Source: Curvularia clavata
Lineage: Eukaryota
Direction of reading: 5' to 3'
Assembly: GCA_023920165.1 (NCBI GenBank)
Contig: CP089274.1
Coordinates: 3,472,001-3,536,000 of the forward strand
Length of the DNA stretch: 64,000 nt
Under the pieces are notes generated by a model. It did no database searches and had not been told where the DNA came from. It saw nothing but the letters and a program-made list of their open reading frames with translations. A program made the translations under genes and the position numbers. Positions 50,669 through 63,055 of the stretch are shown one piece after another (the first letter of the stretch is position 1; each line of letters starts with the position of its first letter).

Positions 50669-52797
50669 AGTGAACTGAATGCTGGAAGAAAAGAAGGCGG
50701 CTGTGGTAGAAGCGGGAGTAAAATGCTTAGCTATGGTCTGAATGCCTTACAACTGAGCGGGGGAAGCCATGCAATAAGTACCACCCAGAGCATCTCCACA
50801 GCCACAAATGAAGTCTTCCCGTGCCTCTTTTCCTGATCTTGCCGTTACCTTTCCAAGCCCATGGCGAACCGGCCGTACCGGCGACTTATTTCCAAGACCC
50901 ATGTCAACCAATTAGGCCGACAAACGTAGTATAGTCGCCTACTCCATGGCAAGGCTTATGTCCTGCAGAGCGCCGTGTAAGGACCAGTGATATCATAGAT
51001 TTGGTTGCCAAGTCAGCAGACAGGTAGATTCATGACACCTCGAAACCATAGTCTTTCGCCATTGTTGTGTTTCCAAGCGACTAGTGTTCTTCACTTCTGC
51101 CTCGCTTGAAAACAGGAACACATCATTGAGGCTGTGCGCCAACCTCACGATCGAAAACTTGTCCAACTTGCTCTGCTCTCTTCAATCTTTCTGCTGCTTC
51201 GTACGTTTCACGGCCGGTGGTTCTGAACATACTAGCATCTTCACGAGGCTTTTTCCATTCCTAACTCGATTAGGTCTGTTTGAGCGGCCTTACCAGCAGA
51301 GTAATTCCATTAGTAAATTTCATTTCTCTGATCCGGAAAGCAAGGGTCAAAGGTTCTGGAATGGAGAGCTACTAACAACGCAGGGGACGTGTCTCCGTCG
51401 ATCGACAATGTGTGGGGTAGTAGCTTGGCACACGACACCATCACCCAATTAGGCGCTCACCGAAATGGTGTACCTCAGCTACGACTCTTGACCATACGAT
51501 GCGTGCATCGAGAGTACCAGCAGGAGATCGAGCGGCTGGGGAAAGGCTTGCGCGTCTCACACCGTGGTCCTGCTGGATCCTTGCAGGCGTTCCCGTTGGC
51601 AAGGCTGGACATACCTGAGTGTTGGGTATCTACTCCGCTGTGCTTACCCGTCGGCTTCAACTGAACAGAGTTTGAAATGAGGATACTTCCCGTGCCGCTG
51701 CTAGGTCGTGTCTTCATTCAACGTGCAGAAGTTGAATATCTCACTCGTCTCCTAGCCGACCGTTCCGTCCAGATGCCATGCACAACACAATCTAGTGCCA
51801 AAACACTACATCTCCCAAGACTTGGCCGGCGACATTTCGCCTGAGAGCATGTTGGTAATGTACACTGCGGGGTGCCTAATAGCGCATATTCGACACAGTA
51901 TGCAGGAGGTCCCCCCAGAAATCCTTTCACTGCTTCGAGTCTCGCCATATCACATCCAATCTTGTTCTTTGTTATTATTTGTAAGCCCACCTCTCCCGTG
52001 TTTCGCCCGGTGTTCGCGTAGCTCAGCCACCCTGGTTGCATTTGTCCCGAGCATCGAACTTTCATACACCCTTGCCTCCGGCCGGCCAGGTACCTGATTT
52101 CTAGTTTTTTTTTCTCTGGTATGATCCGTGTAACCGATGGGATGCTAGTAGCTTCCGTCGGCTAAGCTTGTGGCGCGTGCACAGCTGTGGCATGAAACAA
52201 GTCGCATTTTGCATCATTTTACCTAGGCATCGCGGGCTGTGCTGCACATCTCCCTCGTGGTCTTGTCAGCTCGTTCTACAGGACGGCTGGTTTATATCGA
52301 TGCCAGGCAGCTCATAATGACCCTCCAATATACACGCGTCAGGCTGCAGTAGCAGATGGAAATAATGTGATCTTGATTACTTGCTTGTAAATCTTATTTC
52401 TTCCAAAGTCCGGTGTGTCTTCGCTCTTTTCGGCAGCCAAACTCACTGACTCGAGTCAGTGACAGCCCAACGCTCTGTATCAACCTCCAACGGTCAGATT
52501 CCCTATTTCATAGTCCCGTGCTGACAAAGCTCTTACGTGGTGCGCCCACGACGGATGTTCACGTTGTCTGTGCTGGAACAAAAGAAGCAGGTAGTTGTCA
52601 TGAATGGCCCATGATCGCCGCAATGCCCCGAGAATTTTTCTCTGTTTATCTCAGGGCCACGAGGTCTTCCTCACATATACCTTGAGCGGCCGATTTTAGA
52701 GGCCATTGCTTCAGACAGAGACCGAAATCATTCGTGTATTATCGAAAGTCATTGGCACAGGACATGTCATATCTTGTACAAGAATCGTTCGTCCTGT

Positions 52798-53475
52798 TCA
52801 ACCCCTAGCCCTGAGCATCTTTCCAAGAGATCCGCCCAGAGTCCTAGTTTCCTTGCTCCTGCTCTTGGGGGTTGGACTCGCATGTCTGGACGAAGTCTTG
52901 GACTCTGCGGGTGAAACCTCACGTCGCTTTCTCCTTGCCACATCTTTCGGCTCGACACTGCTCGATGAGTTGAGGGTGTCGCTACGTTTTCTGAGTCGGC
53001 GCGTCGGGCTTGAGCTTTGTGCCTGAGGCCGCGATTGCGAGGCTGATCTGGAGGCAGAAGTTGGTTTAGGGGAGACAGATGTAGACGCTGCTCTTCTTCG
53101 TCTCCTCTCTTCATCCGGCTGTGTAGGCTCTGCTTCTGGCGTATGGGTAACTGCAGGACTCGGGGATCGCACTTGTCTTTCTTTCTGCGCAATCATGCTT
53201 CTCCTCTCCATGTCTTCTAGCTCATCTAGAGACACCCTCTTCAACTCAGGCTCTAGGCGCGGCCGACGGGGTTCGATTTGTGGTTTCGAAGCCGCATATG
53301 AGTCAAGAATCTTCTCGACTTGCTTCCTGTGCGCATCGGTGCTTGCAAGGCGTGCGACCTCGAGCACCAACAGGAAAGTAAGAATGTATCCGACGAAAAA
53401 CCCGAGTCGGCTCCAAAACTCGTAGTTGATGAGAAAAGAAAAGAGCTTGATAGTAGAGAGGAACATGGCGATCAT
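52798..53475 (-). CDS. Hypothetical membrane protein with Ser/Arg-rich cytosolic tail
   Basis: Long ORF. Hydrophobic segment LGFFVGYILTFLLVLEV followed by an SP/RS-rich region. Start uncertain (ATG 53475 or 53466, or further upstream to 53643). Confidence 0.55.
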   Translation of the reverse strand: MIAMFLSTIKLFSFLINYEFWSRLGFFVGYILTFLLVLEVARLASTDAHRKQVEKILDSYAASKPQIEPRRPRLEPELKRVSLDELEDMERRSMIAQKERQVRSPSPAVTHTPEAEPTQPDEERRRRRAASTSVSPKPTSASRSASQSRPQAQSSSPTRRLRKRSDTLNSSSSVEPKDVARRKRREVSPAESKTSSRHASPTPKSRSKETRTLGGSLGKMLRARG

Positions 53476-54666
53476 ATTTGCTGTAGTAACATGGAACTCT
53501 GCGAATAAGGAGAAGCCCGCAACCTGGATAAGCGTCGCGAGAGGTAGTAAAGATGTGGAAGCCTCGGAAATAGTAGTATCAATATCGACTGAAATTTGTT
53601 GTGTGCGACCAGCGCTGGAAGATGACCTGATGGTACTGTACACTGCTTCACACAGAGGTCGTCGTGTGAAGAGGAAGAAGGAGAGAAGAGTTTCCCAACA
53701 TCTGACATCTCCGCCTTTCTTCAGCGTTACGACACACCCAGCGGCGCGGCCCCCTTCCCCTCGATAACGAACCCGGTCGGCACAACCTATGGAGGGTGCT
53801 CAGCGCCGCTGCGAACGCCGCGAACCAAAAGAAATGATACGAGACGGACCTTGAAACCCAATCAAAGCGTTTCAGATGCGCTCCGCCAAGGGCCGTGTCC
53901 GGGGTACTTGGTGTTTGAAGTGTCGCGCCAGACCGCATACAGCAAAGGGAAGCTGACAGGAAGCGAGGGGTGGGCGCTAACACGGTAAACTTGGAGGGAT
54001 AAGAAACATGTGGCACACAACGCTCTTGTTTGGCGTTATCTTTTTCATTTATGGTGTGATGGAGGGAGCAAGCAGGGGTGTAGCGAATAGATTCGCTCGC
54101 CTAGAGTCCAGGTAATAGATGGTCACGAACTAATCTGTCTAGGAAGCGCTTGTGCCTGATAACAGAAATAAGATCAGCTGGACAGAAATGCAATTTGAAT
54201 AGAAGAATGACCAGTGTTGAGAAGCATGCACGAGTTTGCTTTTGCCTCTACCTTTACCGGATCATCTCGAGTATAGATACAAGGCTTTCCCCGCCTTGAA
54301 GCTAGCAGCGCCTCTTCATTTCCCGTATCTGTGGTGTCTGACATTGCCGACGCACGTGAAGAAAAGACGAGGAGATGTTGTACGGTGATTGGATTCATGA
54401 TGGCAAACAAAGGAAATGCGCGAAATATTGGCGAAATCGTAGAGGTCTTGCTTTGCTCTGCTTTCTGATACGCAACACAACAAGGCGTACAAATACATAG
54501 TCGTGGTGATGCATGTATGCAACCTCACACCAACTCCAAACCCAAATCGCTAAACGAGGAGGAAAAAGGAAAAGTAGCCAACGCCGCGCTCAACAAATGC
54601 AGCAAAATGCAACGTGGAAAATAAAAAAGTAACATCGGTCTTGTGTGTTTTCACAAAAGAAGGGTC

Positions 54667-57248
54667 TCACCGCCCCGCAGACAAGACTTCGTCTTCGAAT
54701 ATGCTCGCATCCCAGCCTCTCTCCTCCATAAGACTTGCAGATTCTTCACTAACCCAATGGGTTTCTGCAGCACCTGAGCTTCGCATGCTCTGACTCCTTG
54801 CGTAGCCCATAGATTGTGTTTGTTCAAAGCCAAATATACATCCCCATACCGTTGCGGCGACCCAGGAGAAGAATGAAGAAAGCGGCATCCACCAGTCCTT
54901 AATCAGAGACCGGTAGACGAGAGTAGGAATGACATAGGGGTATTTCGGAGCACGTGGATTCACGCTGAAAGGGTAAGAATACGAGGTGGCATACGCGGGA
55001 CGACAGTACATCTCACTACAGGGTGAAGGTTAGTCATACAATCCTCACAAAGCAATCACATCACATGTGAATCAACGTACCAGGCGATCTCTTCGCTTAT
55101 CCACCAAGCGAAGAAAATGACCAAAAAGATGCTTAGGCCTGTTAACCCACCCAAGAGTCTCAGTCGACTATTTGATGTCTGTCGCAGGGTCTTAAGTCGT
55201 CGCTCCCAAAACAAGCTCCTCCACCACTTCCACATTGAGAAGTCTTGCATGTGGTCCTCAGCTGTGTAAAGGTATGACCTGTTGACTAACTTGATCTTCT
55301 CGCCATTTTCTCCTTCGTCAACATGTTCGACCCGGCCTTCAACACGCTTCATTCCTCGACTAGCATCACGGATGCTGGTACGTGCTGCACGTAAGCGATC
55401 ATTCATGCGGTGTAAGTGGAGAAGCTCTTGCTGCCTTTGACGTTCCGCGTCATTGCGGGGTTCATCAGTTGGGATTTGAAGACCCTGAAGGGTGTCCTCG
55501 TCCTTTGCGATTTCAGCCAACGGAGTGATAAGCTCTTCAAGTGAGTTGATTGTAGAGTCGCCGAAATCTGCTGATGATCTTCTGCCTTGAGCTTTCGCTT
55601 CTTCGACGAGTGCTTGCAGCGCAGACCTAGGGAGTTGAGGGCGGATTACCTCCACGGCAACGTTTTCAGGTGCATCCTCCTTGCTGGACTTGAATCTCTC
55701 GAGTGATTTGGCCTTGCGCGGATTCGTCTTCTTAGGTGAACTTGAACGTGAGCGAGATCTACTTGCAGAGACAGATCTCTGGACGGTACGTGGGCCTGGC
55801 GTGTCGACCCAAGCGCCAGTTACCACGGGAGTCTTGGGATTGAGTATTTTTCGCTCTTTAGAGACTGGTGTTGCATCGACTTGCGTCTTTGCAGGCGCTT
55901 CTGTTGGTGGTTCCGGTAACCGTTCGGCTTCATGTGGCGTTTTTGATCCATCTTGTTCTGTGCCCACTTCGGACACTGCGGGCTCAGAATTAACAGCAGA
56001 CGTAGACCCGTTCTCTCCATCCTTTTTCAAAGACTCTGCACGCGCGGCACCGGTTTCCGAGGAGAAGTTGACCAACTCTGGGGGTGTAGTCTGTGATCGT
56101 CCAGGACTGGGGGTGTTCGAAGCTCTCGCGAGCCGACGCAGTAGATCTTGCGAGTCTTGCCGCCGGTGGGGAACACGCTTTGGCGGTATTCTCTGGGCAG
56201 TAACAACCACTTCGCGATCTACCGTAGCAATGCTTTCGGTGCTCTTGTACATGGCAGGCGGCATTTCTTCCTTGGCCACACCCATCACTGGTTGTGACTT
56301 GCCAAGCGACTGCCATGACTGTGTCCGCATACGCGACTTTTTCTGACGTGGTGGAGACTCTTGCATAACTGAACTGGGTTTCGATGCAGTATTGTTTGTG
56401 CTTTCAGCTTTCCCCGTGAACGACAATCGCCGGTGGGTTGGCTCCGGTGAGTCCGACCGATCCTTTGAGCTTTCAATCTCACGTTGCCGTATATCATCTA
56501 ATACATTATTTCGTGGCATGTAGGGTGTAGATGCAATCATGGAAGCCTCGTTAAGTTCAAAGGTTAGGTCCCATTCTTCAGACTCGGCTCGTGGAGTGCC
56601 GATCATCGATGTCTTGCGCGAGAGCGGGCTGTCTTCAACTGAGTGATGCGGCAGATTATTGTTGTCATTGTCGTAGTAGTGCCCATTTGGTGCATCGCCT
56701 GCTGGCGTAGACAAGGCATGCTGCTGCGCCTCGTCGTAGGCGATGGCCCGCATCCAGTGTCTGTTGCTCCTGCCCTTCCTCCCCCATGTTGCTGGCGCGT
56801 GTATCGCCGGATCGTCCCTCGTGCTCCCATTACTGCTCGGTGGGCGCTCTGTCTCCACATTTGCACCCGCTGCAGCTGCCGCATTATTCCTCTCGAGGTT
56901 TTCCAATGTCAACCCTACGCGAGGATGTGTGCGTGCTTTTGAGAAGGCCTGGGGTCTGCCACTTGCAGCTTGGCTTAGCCGTCGCTGGTCGCGCTCGTTC
57001 CGTATCATGAGCTTATCGAACTCGTCCTCGGCGTCATTTTCGAGCTCGCTCAATCCAGACACATTGGAAGCTGCGTCGTGCATGTCTTCCCCATCATAGT
57101 CCCTGGCATTCATCATCCCAAGTCCATTGATCCTAGTGGTGGCGGCGGTGGTGGTAGCTGGTGTGGGTCTCTGTAGGTGTGCGTAGCGTGAGTTCACGAG
57201 GTTGGCCGACGGCGGGGAAAGCGTTTGGAGGGGTCGGCGCGTAGTCAT
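54667..57248 (-). CDS. Hypothetical protein, disordered N-terminus, coiled coil and C-terminal transmembrane segment(s); exons 57248-55081, 55015-54667
   Basis: The 730-aa ORF joins in frame through intron GTACGT...ACTAAC...TAG (55080-55016) to ORF 54667..55011. Coiled coil ERQRQQELLHLHRMNDRL. TM segment LSIFLVIFFAWWI. Confidence 0.8.
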
Positions 57249-57558
57249 TGCCGTCTGGTGCGCTGGCTTTGATAGTCATGCATAATACTGAAAGGTCTGC
57301 AAGAGGTCTGAAAGATATGTGTGGCTTTGTTGGATATATTTCGAACAATGAGGGCGGTAAGCGCACTAGTGGTGCGCATGTGTTGTCGCATCGCGCACGC
57401 GTCGTGGCTCTCGCTAGTAGGAACGTGCACTCACTGATCGCTGCAGGGATCATGACAGGACAGGGAATCAGCCTCGCCGTCTATAGAGGTATGTAACGCT
57501 GTGCAACTCTAAACAACCAATCATTCAATAGAACCGTTCGCCTTATCGCCTCAGGGTA

Positions 57559-60262
57559 TCATGGCTCCTGCTTATCGATGGCCTCCATCCTTCTCCTTAC
57601 CATGTCGGCATCAGTGTTGCCTTGCTCATCTCTCCATGCGCGAAACGCCTCCTCTCGCATTACCCTTCGTGGTGCACGCTTGCCGGTAAACAACTCAAAT
57701 TGAGCAAAGGCTTGCTCGGGTATGAAGTCGAGACCGTCCATATATGTCCATAGCTTGTTTGTCGCATCCCGCACCTGTTGCTTTAGTGGAGTGTTCAGTG
57801 TCTTGTACGCCGTCTCCATGACAATACCACCCGTGGAGCTCTCCATCCATTGCTCAGGAAGAGTGAACTGCGCTGCTGGACCATCATCGATCGGGTCGGT
57901 AGGTATGCAGGAAATAATGATAGTTGGCTGGCGAAGCTTCTCTGGCCACGGTTCCTCACGTGACTCTAGAATCCTGAAATCTGCCAGGTCTCGCGAGACG
58001 ACTGACGGCGTAGTGCCTTTGTCTGTTGGGCTTGAAATAAGCCGAGAAAAGTGAGCAACGAGACTCTTTGCTCTCTCGTACGTCCGGTTGAAAATGACAA
58101 TATTCCTCACGCCCATTTGCAACAGCGCGTAGACGGCCGCCCTAGCCATGCCGCCAGCCCCGATAATGAGTCCGCACGACGAAGGCCGTACTGCGTTGGC
58201 GGGAGACAGACCTCTACGGACGCAAGACCTAATCCCAATCCATTCGGAATTATCTCCATAGAGAGCCTGAATAGGCCCTGACTGGTTACGCTCCTGGAAT
58301 ATCTCCAGCTCGCTAGGAAGACTTCCATCCTTGTTACGCCTACGCACAGGTATCACTGTATTTACAGCACCAATCGCTCGAGCGTGTTGGCTCATTGAAT
58401 CGACGAGTGCTATCACCTCCATCTTGAAAGGCTGTATGACAATGGAACCACCGAAGTTTGGCTGACGTACGAGTTCCTTAAGGCTGTTGAGCGAAGGGCT
58501 CTGGACACGAATAAATTCGTGGGGCATTCCGCATGCCCTGTAAGCAAGATTATGCATGGCTGGTGAGACACTGTATCCCAAGCTTTTCCCAATTATGTAT
58601 ATCTTCATAGGGTCAAGCGTGAACGAGCTATACAAAGCTTGAGTAACTTCTCGAGCTGTGACCCGTGACTCATCAGTGAGAGACACCATAGACACCGTCG
58701 TTTCTGTTTTTGCTGTCATCAAAGGTGGAACAACAGGCGTCAAGTGTTTGTTGAAACAGACGGAGCGGCGGCCAGCTCTTCCCGTATTGTAGCAAATCAA
58801 CGGAACTCGAGCTTCATGCGTTGCCATGCGAGAGCTGAAACTGCGAACGGAAAGGTCGTCGTCGATGGAGTAGGCTGGTCGAGAGAACCTGACAGCTGAG
58901 CAACCAATACGCACAGCCATTTCATATTGCACGATCCAAAAGTTATCATCCCACGGCACATCGGTGTGGAGATGTCCAATTATTTTGGTTGTGCCTCGTG
59001 AAGCAATCACATCCGCTAACGTGGCTGCATCTAGCAACAAATCGACAGTCGAATACTCTGGCGCTAACCTCAAACCATGGCGTACATGTTCGAGATAAAG
59101 CGCCCGATTGTGGTCTGTGGCTGATGTTGAAAGTACGTGATATACAATGGGCACTACCGTACTTCGCCGCACCTTCGATATACAAGCACTAACATGATCC
59201 ATGATATCTGTCCCATGGCGTGTTTGGCTTGGATCAAATACAATCTCAAAGGCATCCGACCCGACTTCCAAATGTTGTATGTCTGTGTCTTCGGCCAATA
59301 TGTCTTCAAGTGATACTTGAACGGCACAAGTGTAATCACGAAGTTCAGTTGCTACATCTGAAAGCGGGTAACCAGGTTCCAATGGTGGAATCGATGCCCC
59401 GATCGAGCCATCCGAATTGGCAGGATTGGTGGCTGTTGACAAGAATTTAAGAAACGTCCTCTGGGCTCTTTTCAGAGTAAGAAATGCGGGAGCTACCGAT
59501 TGATCTCCAGGAACGTCAACGCCCGCGACTTTGACCTCAGAAATGTTATAGAATTCGTAGTTAGAGCAACGCCGCAGCATGGGTGAAGTCAGTGCCAGCA
59601 TATCTTTCAGCCTCTGTAGATCGGGGCCTCCTAAGTAGCTGTGTACACTGGGGAGGTCGCGTAGCACGTTCACGACAAGATGCGTGCGACTAAAGTCTTG
59701 TATCAAGGTCTGGCTATTCCTCTCCAACGAAAGTCCATTACAGACAATTATTGCGCCTTGGTCGTGCTCGTTCAGAATGGTACGCAGAAGCTCCTCTTGA
59801 CGCAAATTGAAATTGGCAGCTCCGAACTGCTTGCGGTATTTGGTGGTAGGGAAGCCAGTCGTGTCTTGAAACATATCTTCCACGTCGAGAACCCGTCTCC
59901 GGCATGCTATTGAGGCAATGACGGCTAGGGTGGACTTCCCACTTCCCGGCATACCAAGAAGCATTATTGAGGCATCCGGCCTGAATATGCGGTGACGATG
60001 ACTCGCCGGTGAACGGGGGGCGGGGGTAGCGCAAGGGGTGGATCGAGTGCTCGAAATGGTTGAGACTGTTACTGGTCAGCAGGCGACCGATGAGACAGGT
60101 GTAGTGTTTCTTATCCGCACCATCCGCGCTGACCTTGCGTCTCTGAGGGAGTGTTGTCGTCTCACATGTTACCGAATCTTTGTAAGAACGGTAGGTATTC
60201 CCACCATTATCTTCCTCCAAAGACGCAAAGGAGCGTTTAGTTCCAATTGCTACGGAAGCCAT
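57559..60262 (-). CDS. qutR: Quinate-pathway repressor-like protein (QutR/QA-1S; shikimate kinase-like + type I DHQase-like + shikimate dehydrogenase-like domains); exons 60262-60121, 60065-57559
   Basis: P-loop GMPGSGKST, VRRSTVVPIVYHV, GLRLAPEY, SVSPAMHN, IGAVNT, IIGAGGMARAA, FNRT, EQAFAQFELFTG. Domain order equals the C-terminal three AROM domains. Divergent to a QA-1F-like activator. Confidence 0.88.
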
Positions 60263-60603
60263 GGCGGAGGCAATGCGCGAGGCAATACCAGGCTGGAACT
60301 TGAAGACCGTCGAGGGTTGTTTTCTGCGGTGATTGCTCAGGTCACTGTACGGTTGGATACAGTAGGTAGTGCGAGCAGATTGTGGAGACGAAAGTATTTG
60401 GAAGAGCTCAACGTAGGCATGATATGCGTCAAAGAGTTGATGGACGAGATTGCTGTTAATCGCCTCTCATCAGCCTGGCGAACAGTTAAAAGAGTCGAGA
60501 GACGGATGGCAGCAGAATTCACGCGAATGCATGTCGCGATGGTGGTGGAGGGCCGATGCATAGGAGATGGTGGGTGAGAGCGTAGTCCCCGGCTGAATGC
60601 GCC

Positions 60604-60619
60604 GGATAAGCCTTTTTCC
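60604..60619. promoter_or_regulatory. Candidate QA-1F/QutA binding site in the shared divergent promoter
   Basis: GGATAAGCCTTTTTCC matches 14 of 16 positions of the Neurospora QA-1F consensus GGRTAARYRYTTAYCC and lies near the middle of the 663-bp intergenic region. Confidence 0.6.
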
Positions 60620-60925
60620 CCTCACTTGCGCTCTCGTTTCCGAGCTTGCGCTGGCGTTCACTACACACTATCTCACCACCCCCTGCCAACCATTCGCAAT
60701 TCATGAGACACTCTGAATCCTTGAGCTGTTGAGCTGTATAGCGCTCGTGGACCAATCAAGCTACGCATTTGCCTTAGTCGCTGCCGAGGCTTCTTCTCAC
60801 GCGGACCCATCGGGCTGTACAACGCCCAACAATTCCACTATGCTGAAGCACCGCTGACGATTCTTTTTCCCCTAACTGGACACTTTCGTGAACTGTTTTT
60901 TGCGAAGTCTATTCGCACTGGGCTC

Positions 60926-63055
60926 ATGCCTGCACAAAGTCAGGCAAAGCGCCAATCCGCACTTCTGCTGGAAGAGAAACCTGCCAAACGCACACGCGTG
61001 TCACGAGCATGCGACCAATGCCGTGTCGCACGTGAAAAGTGCGATGGCCATCAACCAACTTGCTCTACTTGCTCAGGCACCACCAGGATATGCTCCTATA
61101 CAGCAAACCCCAAAAAAAGAGGCATTCAACCAGGATATATCCGCACTCTAGAGCTCGCACTTGCCTGGCTTTTTCAGCATAATCCAGAAAACGAATCTGC
61201 TCTCAAGGAGAAGCTAGCAGAGGAAGGCGCCTCTTCATTGCTACTGAGTCGTGACTCGAAAGAGTCAAACAAGCTTCACAGAAGATGGCGGAAATCAAAG
61301 TTCTATGTGGATGTTGACAAGCACCTGTCCGGAGGAGAGCCGTCGAGACATGAGCAAACTGACACAATTGGCCCTCCTAGCAGCGACGAGGATTCAGATA
61401 CTGAGGAACCTTCAAACAACAAGGCCAGCCGCAGCCAGGGCAGTAATGTTCAGCCGCAGCGCATCGAGTCTCCAGGTCTCGTACAAACAGCATCCACGCC
61501 GCGTAGACAACCAGGAAGCATCCACACCCCAGAAACAATTCCGCATGATAGCTGGAAACTCTTCGAAGTATACTTTGCCAACGTGCACTCCTGGCTTCCA
61601 ATATGCGAGAAGCATGATACCCTCAAATCTGCCTATGCTTATCCTCTCCAAAACCACTCGATTGAGCACGAGCAAGCCGATTCTGGCGCGCACGCTGAAT
61701 TGTGGAGCGTTTTGGCAGTAGCATCGCTCTATGATGCAAACCGAAACAACTCGATGGATTCACCATCAACAAGGCCAACGAAGCTGTACGAGACCGCAAG
61801 ATCTATGATACCCAATGAGAATATTCACTTCAATATCGGACACATCAGAGCTCTTCTTAACCTAGTTGTATTCAACATGTCCAGAATGCTGACCGGATCA
61901 GCCTGGCTGCTCGCTGGATACGCATCAAGAGCCTTGGAGAATCTGGACCAGCCAGCGCTTGTGGCTTGCTCAAGATACAAGCATGTCTACTATGGCTGTC
62001 TGCTGCTCGATGGCATTCTGGCATTCCAGCTCAACCGCCGTCCCCATTTCCGAAAGAGCGATTTGGAGCAGCTTGGGCCTATTGACGAGGATGGTCTGGA
62101 GGAATGGCAGCCTTGGTCCGGTTTTAATGATCCTGCATATGTAGGAAGAATGACCCCGCTGCTGTCTCTGAGCACATTCAATAATCTCATTGAGTTAGTT
62201 GACATACTTGTGAGTACTGAGCAGCGATGGTCACGGCTGTTGTACCAGGAGGATTCGGTCCGACGTCTTGAAAGATGGAAATCGAGCTTACCCGCAAAAC
62301 TGGGAACTTCCTTTTCTGCCAAATCTTCCTCGTTACTTGCTCCACCAGCTGCCTTACTACAAGCGACGTATCTATGTGCTTGTTTTATCTCCAACCCCTC
62401 AGATTTTGGATTGCAACAGTTGCTAGATGTTCTCGAGCAGTGTCAATCTGACATTGGTATTCAAAGATTACCAATACCGACCCAAAGTCTTATATCTACC
62501 ATTAGCAGACTTGCCAGTCAGCTCAATCTGCCGGATGCAACCGCCATGCGGCTACAAAGGGTGCAGACGGGCATTGTTGCAGTATGGTCTCAGCCAAATA
62601 ATCAAGATGCCTCGCCGAATCCTGAGAGCGCTATCATAACGGCCAGAAATTCTTCGACAGGCATCAACTTGTCGACCCCGGAGTCACTGCAGATGGTAAC
62701 TCCTGATAGCCATGCCACTGCCCACCCAGCAATCGACCCCCTCAATGACTTCTTTCCCGGGTCGTATGCGACAAATGCATCGCATCCGGCGGTGCCTAGT
62801 CCATCACAAACGGACCCACGATACCCCGAACATACTAGCGATCTCGAAACCTTCTTCGATGAACTGGCGTCACTTGATAACGCAACCAGACTGGACAACC
62901 AGCCTCAATTCATGCAGAACCTTGGATTCGGACCAGGAGCAAGCATGGCAGATCTATTTAGCGAATACATACCCTTGCAATCGTCTAACTTTTTGACACG
63001 CGACGAGGGAGTGCCGACAAACCTTGACCAATACACTTTTTACGATGCGAGCTGA
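60926..63055 (+). CDS. qutA: Zn(II)2Cys6 quinic acid utilization activator-like protein (QA-1F/QutA)
   Basis: RVSRACDQCRVAREKCDG.PTCSTC.....CSY..NPKKRG....YIRTLELALAWLF is characteristic of QA-1F/QutA. Fungal TF middle region YFANVHSWLPI. Acidic C-terminus FFDELASLD...QFMQNLGF. Confidence 0.88.
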   Translation: MPAQSQAKRQSALLLEEKPAKRTRVSRACDQCRVAREKCDGHQPTCSTCSGTTRICSYTANPKKRGIQPGYIRTLELALAWLFQHNPENESALKEKLAEEGASSLLLSRDSKESNKLHRRWRKSKFYVDVDKHLSGGEPSRHEQTDTIGPPSSDEDSDTEEPSNNKASRSQGSNVQPQRIESPGLVQTASTPRRQPGSIHTPETIPHDSWKLFEVYFANVHSWLPICEKHDTLKSAYAYPLQNHSIEHEQADSGAHAELWSVLAVASLYDANRNNSMDSPSTRPTKLYETARSMIPNENIHFNIGHIRALLNLVVFNMSRMLTGSAWLLAGYASRALENLDQPALVACSRYKHVYYGCLLLDGILAFQLNRRPHFRKSDLEQLGPIDEDGLEEWQPWSGFNDPAYVGRMTPLLSLSTFNNLIELVDILVSTEQRWSRLLYQEDSVRRLERWKSSLPAKLGTSFSAKSSSLLAPPAALLQATYLCACFISNPSDFGLQQLLDVLEQCQSDIGIQRLPIPTQSLISTISRLASQLNLPDATAMRLQRVQTGIVAVWSQPNNQDASPNPESAIITARNSSTGINLSTPESLQMVTPDSHATAHPAIDPLNDFFPGSYATNASHPAVPSPSQTDPRYPEHTSDLETFFDELASLDNATRLDNQPQFMQNLGFGPGASMADLFSEYIPLQSSNFLTRDEGVPTNLDQYTFYDAS

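Noticed and set aside
57559..60262. Pentafunctional AROM (aro1) enzyme
   Set aside because: It lacks DHQ synthase and EPSP synthase domains, has degenerate catalytic motifs and is paired with a QA-1F-like activator.
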